Positions 35,865 to 42,997 of a DNA stretch of 43,998 nucleotides are shown one piece after another. Where the stretch lies: IMG/VR virus record IMGVR_UViG_3300020576_007250. One strand, given 5' to 3'. Below the pieces are notes generated by a model that ran no database searches, was not told the origin of the DNA, and saw nothing but the letters and a program-made list of their open reading frames with translations. The position numbers and the translations under genes were made by a program. Source of the stretch: a virus. The number at the start of each line of letters is the position of its first letter. Positions within the stretch are counted from its first letter, which is position 1.

Positions 35865-36101
35865 TCATGTCACCCGTTCCTGCCCAGGCTTGAGCACCCG
35901 TTCCAACGAGCTGGCAAAATCGTTCAGGACCTCGAGCGCTCTTGTATCGCTGGGATCGTTGCATATGATTCCGTTGGTGAGCACGTCTACCAGCGATGAC
36001 ACCCTGTTGATTGCGTGGAAGATGCGCTTGGCATCGTCAGCCTTGAGTTCGACCTTGTCGAAGTCGCCTGCCTTGCTGGGTTTGAAGTTCACGTACATCA
36101 T
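35865..36101 (-). CDS. hypothetical small protein (MMY[IV]N paralog B)
   Basis: MMYVNFKPSKAGDFDKVELKADDAKRIFHAI. Confidence 0.4.
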   Translation of the reverse strand: MMYVNFKPSKAGDFDKVELKADDAKRIFHAINRVSSLVDVLTNGIICNDPSDTRALEVLNDFASSLERVLKPGQERVT

Positions 36102-36379
36102 TTCTTTCCTCCGATGATGAGGCGCAGATGCGGCCTCGCTGGTTCGCTGGCGTTTTCTAACATGTCGAGGAAGGGTTGAACGCCTCCTCTTTGGTCGAAC
36201 TTCTCTTGAACTTTCTTTGCGCGGTCACTGATCCCCGCCAGGTGATTGAGGTGATTCTTGTGTTCATCAAAGGTTTTGCAGGAGCAGCCTCCCTCCTTCC
36301 ATGATGAGTACACGCGTTTCCATTCATCGTCCATGGTGTATCTCCAACGGCCCACGCCCCGGACACCTCTGTGAGGCAC
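36098..36379 (-). CDS. hypothetical protein (Cys/His-containing)
   Basis: 93 aa; ATGA coupling; possible start MDDEWK at 36334. Confidence 0.35.
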   Translation of the reverse strand: MPHRGVRGVGRWRYTMDDEWKRVYSSWKEGGCSCKTFDEHKNHLNHLAGISDRAKKVQEKFDQRGGVQPFLDMLENASEPARPHLRLIIGGKK

Positions 36380-36438
36380 CTCGGGGCTGTGACTGGGAAC
36401 GCGTGACTATCTTATCTTGCCGGGCTCCGTCACGCGTG

Positions 36439-37272
36439 TTATGCCGCCTCTTTCGCGGCCTCGCGGGCCGCGGCTGCGACGGTTTCATTCTCATAGTGAC
36501 CCGCCTCTTCGAGGAGGCCACCCTTGCCGCGCTGGAGGATGTAGGTCTTGCCCGTGCAACCGAACCGGTTCTTGGACACCTCGAAGAGGAGCTGACCGAA
36601 GGTCTCTGACTTCTCTTTCGTGTCCACGTAGAGTTCGGCATGGACGTCGATGGCGTGTTTGATGGTGTTGTGCCCGGCGAACTCACCGCCCTTGGTGCAC
36701 TGGCCGATGAAGATGCAGACACCGAAGTTGCGCTGCATCCAGTCCACCAACATCTCCGTGCAGTAAGTGGGCGTCTTACCCGTGGTGCCGCGGCTACGAC
36801 CGTCCTTGTCAACGTAGCGGCCGTCGTCCAGCGTCTGCAACGAGTCCTGCAGGAGGAAAATCTGCTTGCCCGGCATCGACTTCTTCACGCTGTCGAGATA
36901 ACCGAGCAGCTTGGGAAGCATGGTCTCTTCGCCGACATCGAAGTTTTCCGTGAGGCCGAGGCGTTCACAGGACATCTTCACCTGGAAGAGCGACTCCTCG
37001 CCGGTGTTATAGATGGCGTAGTGACCCATCCGGGCGAGCGCGTCTGCCGTCTGCCGGATCAAGGTGGACTTGCCTGCACCAGGACCACCGGTGAGCATCA
37101 TGGTCGTGGTGGGAGTGAACCCACCCTCGCCTTCGCCACCGAATCCAAGGGCGTCATCCATCCACTGGATACCGCTGGAGTGCTTGACTCGCAGTTCTGC
37201 CGGGACTTCGACAGAATTGATCTTCGTCCCCATCTTGAAACCGCGAGAAACATTCAATTTCATAGTCGACAT
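36439..37272 (-). CDS. RecA-superfamily ATPase, RadA/Sms-core-like (no Zn finger or Lon domain)
   Basis: SGIQWMDDALGFGG-x8-TTTMMLTGGPGAGKSTL (RadA/DnaB/KaiC-type P-loop context), Walker B IFLLQDSLQTL; 277 aa. Confidence 0.65.
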   Translation of the reverse strand: MSTMKLNVSRGFKMGTKINSVEVPAELRVKHSSGIQWMDDALGFGGEGEGGFTPTTTMMLTGGPGAGKSTLIRQTADALARMGHYAIYNTGEESLFQVKMSCERLGLTENFDVGEETMLPKLLGYLDSVKKSMPGKQIFLLQDSLQTLDDGRYVDKDGRSRGTTGKTPTYCTEMLVDWMQRNFGVCIFIGQCTKGGEFAGHNTIKHAIDVHAELYVDTKEKSETFGQLLFEVSKNRFGCTGKTYILQRGKGGLLEEAGHYENETVAAAAREAAKEAA

Positions 37273-37313
37273 CAGTGTGTCTCCTTACTTGTACAGTGTA
37301 TCATGGATTGCGG

Positions 37314-37508
37314 TTAAGATTCACTGATTACGTTGTCGATTGAGACAATTACGGTGTAACATTCGTCATCGACATTAGACAAAACGAAGTGGTCTTGCTC
37401 TTCGTCATCGCGCTCTTTGGTCGTCATGAGTTCGTCAATGATTGCTTTCGCTTGGATGACGAGCTGGCGAGCCTTTTCCAATCGAGCCTTTTCGGTATTG
37501 GTTAGCAT
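37314..37508 (-). CDS. hypothetical small acidic protein
   Basis: preceded by conserved upstream element. Confidence 0.45.
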   Translation of the reverse strand: MLTNTEKARLEKARQLVIQAKAIIDELMTTKERDDEEQDHFVLSNVDDECYTVIVSIDNVISES

Positions 37509-37530
37509 GTATCAGATCTTACCTCAGATC
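37509..37530 (-). promoter_or_regulatory. conserved upstream element, copy 2
   Basis: minus-strand GATCTGAGGTAAGATCTGATAC then ATG. Confidence 0.45.
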
Positions 37531-37738
37531 ATCTGTGACTTTCACCGTTGTTCCTGTTGAAATACACATTCACTAGCGAGATTGTGCTCGAGCTTGGTGG
37601 CTCTCCGCCAGAACCTTACAGCCCAGAGCCCCACAAGAAGCTATCGCGAGTGATAGAGACTAGTGTAACACGACGACGTCGCTCGTTGCACTGCGGGCGA
37701 GAAAAGAAACAAATTCACAGATTGGTGAAAGTCAATGG

Positions 37739-37760
37739 CGATTTGAGGTAGATTAGAACC
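37739..37760 (+). promoter_or_regulatory. conserved upstream element, copy 3 (variant)
   Basis: CGATTTGAGGTAGATTAGAACC then ATG 37761. Confidence 0.4.
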
Positions 37761-38003
37761 ATGGAAACCATCAAGAACCGGAAGATTAAGAGTGTTAAGC
37801 GCCAGACACCCAAGAGGCGAAACGTCTCAAACATTGTCTTCGATGAAGCGAAACGTTCGCTGAAGATCCGAGAAGATCAAGGGTACAAGATCACCAAAGA
37901 AATGATTGACGAAATGGTCCGTCACTATAGTGGAGGCGAGCTTTCGACTGCAAAATATAAGAGGGTCCGGCGCAAGTTGGAGATCGTCTTCGACAATGTG
38001 TAA
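37761..38003 (+). CDS. small basic protein
   Basis: 80 aa, Lys/Arg-rich (KNRKIKSVKRQTPKRRN). Confidence 0.5.
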   Translation: METIKNRKIKSVKRQTPKRRNVSNIVFDEAKRSLKIREDQGYKITKEMIDEMVRHYSGGELSTAKYKRVRRKLEIVFDNV

Positions 38004-38011
38004 CTCAACAA

Positions 38012-38033
38012 CGATCTGAGGTATAACAAGATC
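38012..38033 (+). promoter_or_regulatory. conserved upstream element, copy 4
   Basis: CGATCTGAGGTATAACAAGATC then ATG 38034. Confidence 0.5.
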
Positions 38034-38438
38034 ATGCAAACCAACGAAATCATCGGATACCGAGTGCGTTCAATTGAAGACGGCATGTACATCCACGTCC
38101 GTGAAGGCGATGGATTCAACTACTTGTCAGCAAAAGAACCGAGGCCCATCTCTCGACCAGATGCACTGCGCCGGCTAGCCGGATACTACGAGCAGAACGA
38201 TGGTGCAGAAGATGAATATGAAGTCGTCCCTGTGTATCGGGAGTACACCCCCACCCCTCTCGAGACCACGTCCAAGGAACTCGCAGGCCTGCTCACCAAC
38301 CTGACCGACCGTCATGGTCTGAAGCTTCACCTGACGCAGGAACAGATCGAACGCAAGATCGCCTACGAGCTTCAGGAGTTCGGCGCCGGCCTCTCCGAAG
38401 ACGTCTTCAAGCAACTTCAGGCGATTCGTAACACCTGA
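38034..38438 (+). CDS. hypothetical protein
   Basis: 134 aa. Confidence 0.5.
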   Translation: MQTNEIIGYRVRSIEDGMYIHVREGDGFNYLSAKEPRPISRPDALRRLAGYYEQNDGAEDEYEVVPVYREYTPTPLETTSKELAGLLTNLTDRHGLKLHLTQEQIERKIAYELQEFGAGLSEDVFKQLQAIRNT

Positions 38439-38528
38439 GCCTGAAAAAGCGGCCCACTCGTTGACCCAGGATTGACCCGGGCAACGTAGACAGGGAAACC
38501 TATGGCCTCATCGGGACAATCTCGGTGA

Positions 38529-38580
38529 GGCTTTTTGCCGTTCTCGAACCGGCGTGCTGTGAATTAAACGGCAAAAAGCC
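38529..38580. terminator. 14-bp perfect inverted repeat
   Basis: GGCTTTTTGCCGTT-N24-AACGGCAAAAAGCC between convergent genes 38034..38438(+) and 38615..38803(-). Confidence 0.4.
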
Positions 38581-38614
38581 GGGAACCCTGTCGGATCCCC
38601 GGCGTCAGCCTGTT

Positions 38615-38803
38615 TCAGGCGCCGAACTTCGAGACCAGCGCTCCGAGGATTCCCCAGAACACGACTGCAATGAAGAGGAGCAGCCACAAGGGAGCGAGGA
38701 TGTACAGCCAGGAGACGTCGACCCCCGCCAGAGAGAGTAACCCCTTGCCGATGATGAGCAAGGCCTGTAATGTACCGAGTGAACCTATGAACTTGAATCG
38801 CAT
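38615..38803 (-). CDS. small membrane protein (2 TM)
   Basis: LQALLIIGKGLLSLAGV and LYILAPLWLLLFIAVVFWGILGALV. Confidence 0.45.
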   Translation of the reverse strand: MRFKFIGSLGTLQALLIIGKGLLSLAGVDVSWLYILAPLWLLLFIAVVFWGILGALVSKFGA

Positions 38804-38822
38804 GGTGTGGGGTCTTTCTTAA

Positions 38823-38901
38823 AAGAACACGGGTCCTTTGGGACCCGTTGAACACTTCCTTGATGTCAGTAATCAGCGGGTCCCAAAGGACCCGTGTTCT
38901 T
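38823..38901. terminator. 25-bp perfect inverted repeat with internal sub-hairpins
   Basis: AAGAACACGGGTCCTTTGGGACCCG-N29-CGGGTCCCAAAGGACCCGTGTTCTT; each arm itself contains a GGGTCC/GGACCC hairpin; lies 3' of gene 38916..39182(-). Confidence 0.5.
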
Positions 38902-38915
38902 CTTTCTTGCCGGGT

Positions 38916-39182
38916 TCAGGCGGTTGCCGAAGCGCGAGGGGTGAAGGTGACCTTCTTCTCACCCCAGTTCTCGGTGACTGCCGGCTTCTTGCCGACCTTC
39001 TGGGTGACCTTGATGCGCTTCTTGCCATGGCTGGCATCGAGCACCTCGATCTTGACTTCCTTCTCGGGGTCGATGCTGGAGGCTTCCTTGCCCGGGCCGA
39101 AGTAGACGCCGGAGAAGCAGACGATGAGGGTTCCCTTGCGAGAGTAAACGCGGCGGGGAGAGTTGCTGGAGCGCATAGCCAT
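38916..39182 (-). CDS. small basic protein
   Basis: 88 aa, Lys-rich, possible KOW-like G..I.V..G.......G pattern; weak. Confidence 0.4.
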   Translation of the reverse strand: MAMRSSNSPRRVYSRKGTLIVCFSGVYFGPGKEASSIDPEKEVKIEVLDASHGKKRIKVTQKVGKKPAVTENWGEKKVTFTPRASATA

Positions 39183-39397
39183 GATGTTTTATCCTTGATG
39201 TTGAGGCCGGGTTGTTCCTGCCTGATAAGTCTAGTTTACCACGAAGAGATCACCGTTGCACTGCGAGAAGAACGTTCAGTGTTTTTCTGAAAAATTCTGC
39301 ACGTCATCATCGTCGCTCCCCTATCAGAGATGTTGCGAGGTTAATGAATCGCATGCTGCCCTCGCGGGCGTCCCACGTCGTCTTTAAATGGCGATAT

Positions 39398-39430
39398 GAA
39401 AGGTCCCTTGCGCATAAGGGCCTTTTCATA
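39398..39430 (+). terminator. hairpin + T-run (rho-independent-like)
   Basis: GAAAGGTCCCTT-GCGCAT-AAGGGCCTTTTC followed by ATAT. Confidence 0.3.
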
Positions 39431-39539
39431 TATGAATCACTGTGCTTCTACATGACATTAGGTGGGCTTTTTGTGAAAGCCACTGGCGAACCATGTTACT
39501 GTCACCGCCATGGACAACAGGGGTCATCAGGAGGGAATC

Positions 39540-39785
39540 TCAGGCGGCCTTGACAACTTTCAGTCGACTTTTGGGATTCTGGATGACATCCTTACACAGG
39601 GCGTCGATGAATTCGGAGTCGGTCCATCCAGCCTCTCTAACGAGTTCGTCTAGCATCTTTTGGATTCTGGATGCATTGTCGGACGTTTCTTCGGTGGACA
39701 GGGCTGCTGTCCGTTTTCGGGCCTCTGCAAGGATACGCTCTTGACTCCATCGAGCCTTGAGTAGGGGTTTGAGAATGGTCTTCAT
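39540..39785 (-). CDS. hypothetical small protein
   Basis: start chosen at ATG 39785 (MKTILKPLLKARW); divergent from 40063 gene across operator-containing region. Confidence 0.35.
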   Translation of the reverse strand: MKTILKPLLKARWSQERILAEARKRTAALSTEETSDNASRIQKMLDELVREAGWTDSEFIDALCKDVIQNPKSRLKVVKAA

Positions 39786-39888
39786 AGTAATGGACCCTAT
39801 CAACTATGAATGTCAATTTGCACTTCTAAAGGCAAATGACGGTGGCCAGCCATACAAACGGGCACTCGTGGGCAAGAAGTGACCGAAA

Positions 39889-39937
39889 CTGTGACATTAA
39901 TGCACCACTAAAAAGTCGACTGTGACAAAATGTCACA
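39889..39937. promoter_or_regulatory. candidate operator: repeated TGTGACA boxes incl. perfect palindrome
   Basis: CTGTGACATT (39889-39898), CTGTGACA (39920-39927), and TGTGACA-AAA-TGTCACA perfect 7-3-7 palindrome (39921-39937) in 259-bp AT-richer divergent intergenic region. Confidence 0.4.
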
Positions 39938-40062
39938 CTTATTTGTACCAAGTTTTGTGAATTAGTAGTATTGAACCAAGTCAACAGGCGAAACGTGATA
40001 AAACAAACACACGTTGGCCGAACAATAAAAAGCAGATAAAATAGGAAGTAGGTAAGAGGAAC

Positions 40063-40710
40063 ATGGGCGAGAAGAACACGGCAGCGGCGGGAACGGATCA
40101 AAATGTGTCGGCAATCGACAAGGCAATTGCGGCGGCACAGGCCCGCAAGGCAACGAAGGTTGCTTCTGGAAATGCAACGGAGCGTTCGGCTCCTGGCGAG
40201 AAGGTCGCCAAGGCTCCGAAGATGAGCGACGAGGAGAAGGCTGCGAAGCTAGCTGCTCGAGAGGCTGAGCGCGCCGAGAAGAAGGCAGCTCGGGACATCA
40301 TCCGGGCCAACAAGATTGCTGAGCGCGATGCAAATCGCCAGCCGGCACACATGCGAAAGGTCCAGAAGGCAGCAGAGAAGCTGACCTCTCTCGGTCAGGC
40401 GGCTGAGCTCCTCTTTAATGAGGCGACCGCAAACCTCACGCAGGCTGAGCTCTCGGCGCTGGCCACCCACATCCAGCACTTCAACCGTGTCAAGGCCACG
40501 GAACGCGCACTGACCCAGAAGTTCGAGGTCGGTCAGACTGTCAACATCGTTGCCGGCGACCCCCGCTTCATTGGCAAGTCGGGCACCCTCGCGAAGGTCC
40601 AACGCATCCGCTGTTACGTGACGGTCGAGGGCTTCAACAAGCCGATTTATTTGTTTACGTCAGACGTTACGTCTGCTTCTGTAGACACTGCAGTCGCCGC
40701 AGCTTCCTGA
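40063..40710 (+). CDS. Lys/Ala-rich protein with C-terminal KOW-like domain
   Basis: N-terminal AAKK/AEKK-rich low-complexity; C-terminal FEVGQTVNIVAGDPRFIGKSGTLAKVQRIRCYVTVEG fits KOW motif (GxxVxIxxGxxxGxxGxLxxV). Confidence 0.5.
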   Translation: MGEKNTAAAGTDQNVSAIDKAIAAAQARKATKVASGNATERSAPGEKVAKAPKMSDEEKAAKLAAREAERAEKKAARDIIRANKIAERDANRQPAHMRKVQKAAEKLTSLGQAAELLFNEATANLTQAELSALATHIQHFNRVKATERALTQKFEVGQTVNIVAGDPRFIGKSGTLAKVQRIRCYVTVEGFNKPIYLFTSDVTSASVDTAVAAAS

Positions 40711-41264
40711 ATAGTACGAAAAGTTGCCCAGCGAATTTGATTCGCTTTGATAGCACCTCGTTGTCGAGCGGCTCGTAACTCTGGGTTATTGACGTATGTT
40801 TCACGTCCACTAGCGCCGATTTTAGCACGGTGTTCAACAGATAAGTGCTTGCCTTTTCCGCCAATTGACATTGCAATTCGGTGTTCAGGTGTGCACTTTC
40901 TTCCTTGAAGAGCTTGTCGAATCTTTTCACGGTGTTCTAATGATTTGGGAGTAGAGGGTCCTCCTCTTCCTCCCATGTCGCCGTTTGCGCCCCACCAATT
41001 ATCTCCACCTCTTGTGTATGTTCGATAGAGTGCAATAAATTCAACTTCTTTGTCGTATGCAATTGTTTCATCATCAGTTTCGAAGACAATTGTGCGTTGC
41101 ATTCCTCCGTACTTTTCACGAATGCTACGATAGATTGCATTTCTAGAGCGACGATCGTTGACTCGCCACTCTGTTCCTTTTCCGACGTAAAAAGGTCGAG
41201 GAGAATCTTCGCCAGTGAAATCTACATAGATAGCGAATTTATGTGTGAGAGTGATACGTTCCAT
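40647..41264 (-). CDS. GIY-YIG homing endonuclease with NUMOD3 repeats
   Basis: FAIYVDFTGEDSPRPFYVGKGT (GIY...YIG-type split motif) and C-terminal repeats EHREKIRQALQGRK / EHRIAMSIGGKGK / EHRAKIGASGR (NUMOD3-like H..KIS.A..GK); gene body ~40% GC vs ~55% flanks; 3' end overlaps 40063..40710 by 64 nt. Confidence 0.75.
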   Translation of the reverse strand: MERITLTHKFAIYVDFTGEDSPRPFYVGKGTEWRVNDRRSRNAIYRSIREKYGGMQRTIVFETDDETIAYDKEVEFIALYRTYTRGGDNWWGANGDMGGRGGPSTPKSLEHREKIRQALQGRKCTPEHRIAMSIGGKGKHLSVEHRAKIGASGRETYVNNPELRAARQRGAIKANQIRWATFRTIQEAAATAVSTEADVTSDVNK

Positions 41265-41317
41265 GTATAAAATTGTACTTCACTCACGTAGTGATGACTG
41301 TTAGTGTATTTCGACAG

Positions 41318-41339
41318 TGATCTGTGGTAGACTAGATTC
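41318..41339 (+). promoter_or_regulatory. conserved upstream element, copy 5 (variant)
   Basis: TGATCTGTGGTAGACTAGATTC then ATG 41340. Confidence 0.4.
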
Positions 41340-41588
41340 ATGAACAACAATGACTACAAGCGAGCAGCCCGTAACGCAAAGAAGCTCACGGTCATCGCTG
41401 AAGGTTTGAACTCTGCTTCCTGCTATGAGGTCGCCTCGAAGGCCCACTTCAAGGCGGACGACCTTGGCACCAAGTTTGAGACCTCGACGTCAATCGATCA
41501 CTTTCATATCGGTGATCAACTGGCGTACAAGGCTCGTGAACTCCGGCAGGGGATGAAGAAACCGAAGAAGATTTGGCTCATGGTGTAA
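41340..41588 (+). CDS. hypothetical small protein
   Basis: 82 aa. Confidence 0.5.
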   Translation: MNNNDYKRAARNAKKLTVIAEGLNSASCYEVASKAHFKADDLGTKFETSTSIDHFHIGDQLAYKARELRQGMKKPKKIWLMV

Positions 41589-41596
41589 TTCAACTG

Positions 41597-41618
41597 CGAT
41601 CTGAGGTAGACTAAGATC
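41597..41618 (+). promoter_or_regulatory. conserved upstream element, copy 6
   Basis: CGATCTGAGGTAGACTAAGATC then ATG 41619. Confidence 0.5.
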
Positions 41619-41843
41619 ATGATCCACAACCAATCGATGTTCAAGTTTCAGATTGTCAAAGACAAGTTCCGCGTGGAGCTCTGGCTTCCGGAAGGATATC
41701 GTAATTCTTGCACGGTGCGAGTACTTTCGATGAAAGAAGGGCTCACCAATGCGGTCATTCACAGCAACAACTACGAGAGTCTGGACGTTGCAAGGGAGTG
41801 TTACTTCGCAATCTTGCACGCACTGAACGTGACTGTGTCATGA
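41619..41843 (+). CDS. hypothetical small protein
   Basis: 74 aa. Confidence 0.5.
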   Translation: MIHNQSMFKFQIVKDKFRVELWLPEGYRNSCTVRVLSMKEGLTNAVIHSNNYESLDVARECYFAILHALNVTVS

Positions 41844-42190
41844 AGACGAACACATCTGAAGTGCGGAACGAACCGGGCATCATCTCAGGCAGCAAGGTGG
41901 TGATCGAAGAAGGATCGCGGCCCAAGCGAGTCGTGATGCGTGTGGAGGTGACGCCCCTGTCCAATCAATTCATCGTCCAGGTCGAGTACCTCGATGCATC
42001 GATTGTGGTCGAGCAGACGTCTTCACCCGGTATGCCCATCCAACACGTGCCGGTGCTGGTGTTCACTCACTCGTCTTACGGTGACTCGAGCTCGTTTGAA
42101 TTTGATGGTAACAGCCAGCTCAACAAGTCAAAGAAGGTGGCAGCTGAAAAGGCGCTTCGAGCGTTCAAAGAACTCGTCAGAAAGATGTAG
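41840..42190 (+). CDS. hypothetical protein
   Basis: ATGA coupling at 41840-41843 (MKTNTSEVRN...); ORF opens earlier at 41708 overlapping upstream gene. Confidence 0.45.
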   Translation: MKTNTSEVRNEPGIISGSKVVIEEGSRPKRVVMRVEVTPLSNQFIVQVEYLDASIVVEQTSSPGMPIQHVPVLVFTHSSYGDSSSFEFDGNSQLNKSKKVAAEKALRAFKELVRKM

Positions 42191-42209
42191 CAACTGTGTA
42201 ACTCGTGGT

Positions 42210-42231
42210 TGATCTGAGGTAAACTGAGATC
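42210..42231 (+). promoter_or_regulatory. conserved upstream element, copy 7
   Basis: TGATCTGAGGTAAACTGAGATC then ATG 42232. Confidence 0.5.
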
Positions 42232-42492
42232 ATGAAGACAATACTCAAACGCAAAGACGCTGCAAACTTCATCCAAGAGACGCTCCTCCTCATTGCTAAG
42301 CTCGAGGAAGGCGAGTACTCAAAGAACACGCCGGTCGAGATCGCCAACCGATTCCGCACCATCGCCAGTTCGCATGGACTCGAGGTGCCTCATACCTGCC
42401 CGGGCGATGCACACTCGAACCCTCACGTTGACAACTGCGGCATATGCATGCCTCACTGGGGTTGGGTTGCAAAAGATCTGAAGATTACTTGA
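42232..42492 (+). CDS. hypothetical small protein (Cys/His cluster)
   Basis: HTCPGDAHSNPHVDNCGICMPHW. Confidence 0.5.
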   Translation: MKTILKRKDAANFIQETLLLIAKLEEGEYSKNTPVEIANRFRTIASSHGLEVPHTCPGDAHSNPHVDNCGICMPHWGWVAKDLKIT

Positions 42493-42503
42493 AAGGGCGA
42501 ATC

Positions 42504-42698
42504 ATGAAGACCAAGAAACCAATCTGCAAATTCACTGGTAAAGATGGCAACGTGTTTTCCATCATCGCCAACGTCTCTACGTCTCTCAATCGCGAAGGCC
42601 AGAAGGCTCTGGCAAAGGAGTGGCGTGAGAAGGCGATGAACTCGAAGTCGTACGATGCCGTCCTGGCGTTGGCCTACGATTATGTCTACATCGAGTGA
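42504..42698 (+). CDS. hypothetical small protein
   Basis: MKTKKPICKF...; start at ATG 42504 (ORF opens 42444). Confidence 0.45.
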   Translation: MKTKKPICKFTGKDGNVFSIIANVSTSLNREGQKALAKEWREKAMNSKSYDAVLALAYDYVYIE

Positions 42699-42708
42699 AA
42701 GTCAACCG

Positions 42709-42730
42709 CGATCTGAGATAGGGTTAGATC
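42709..42730 (+). promoter_or_regulatory. conserved upstream element, copy 8
   Basis: CGATCTGAGATAGGGTTAGATC then ATG 42731. Confidence 0.45.
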
Positions 42731-42928
42731 ATGAACAACAACACTGCAATGAAACGCTACACTCAAAAGTTCTTTGTTGCTGACGCACAGCAGAAGCAAG
42801 AGATGACCAGCCTCTATAACGGAGCGCTCGAGGAGTTCGGTGAGACGTGCGAGGAGGAGGCGGCGCAGTATGTTCTCGACGTGATTGCGACCGCCAACAG
42901 GATGAACTCTGCGGTGGCAAAGGGGTAA
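42731..42928 (+). CDS. hypothetical small acidic protein
   Basis: 65 aa. Confidence 0.5.
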   Translation: MNNNTAMKRYTQKFFVADAQQKQEMTSLYNGALEEFGETCEEEAAQYVLDVIATANRMNSAVAKG

Positions 42929-42997
42929 CCACCAAAAGTCCGGGAAAACACTCCAAGAAGTCACTGGTGGGCAACAAAAGCCGAGTGTAAGTCAGTA

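Noticed and set aside
36324-37317. ORFs 36324-36812(-), 36417-36662(+), 36640-37317(+) and 37064-37327(+) overlapping the RecA-like gene
   Set aside because: They have an Arg/Pro/Ser-rich composition typical of off-frame GC-rich sequence. The in-frame RecA-like ORF has clear Walker motifs.
39212-39744. ORFs 39212-39553(+) and 39442-39744(+) in the region between 38916-39182(-) and 39540-39785(-)
   Set aside because: The region contains a terminator-like hairpin and blocks shared with another non-coding region. The amino-acid composition is odd (His/Arg/Cys-rich). The second ORF is antisense to a more plausible minus-strand gene.
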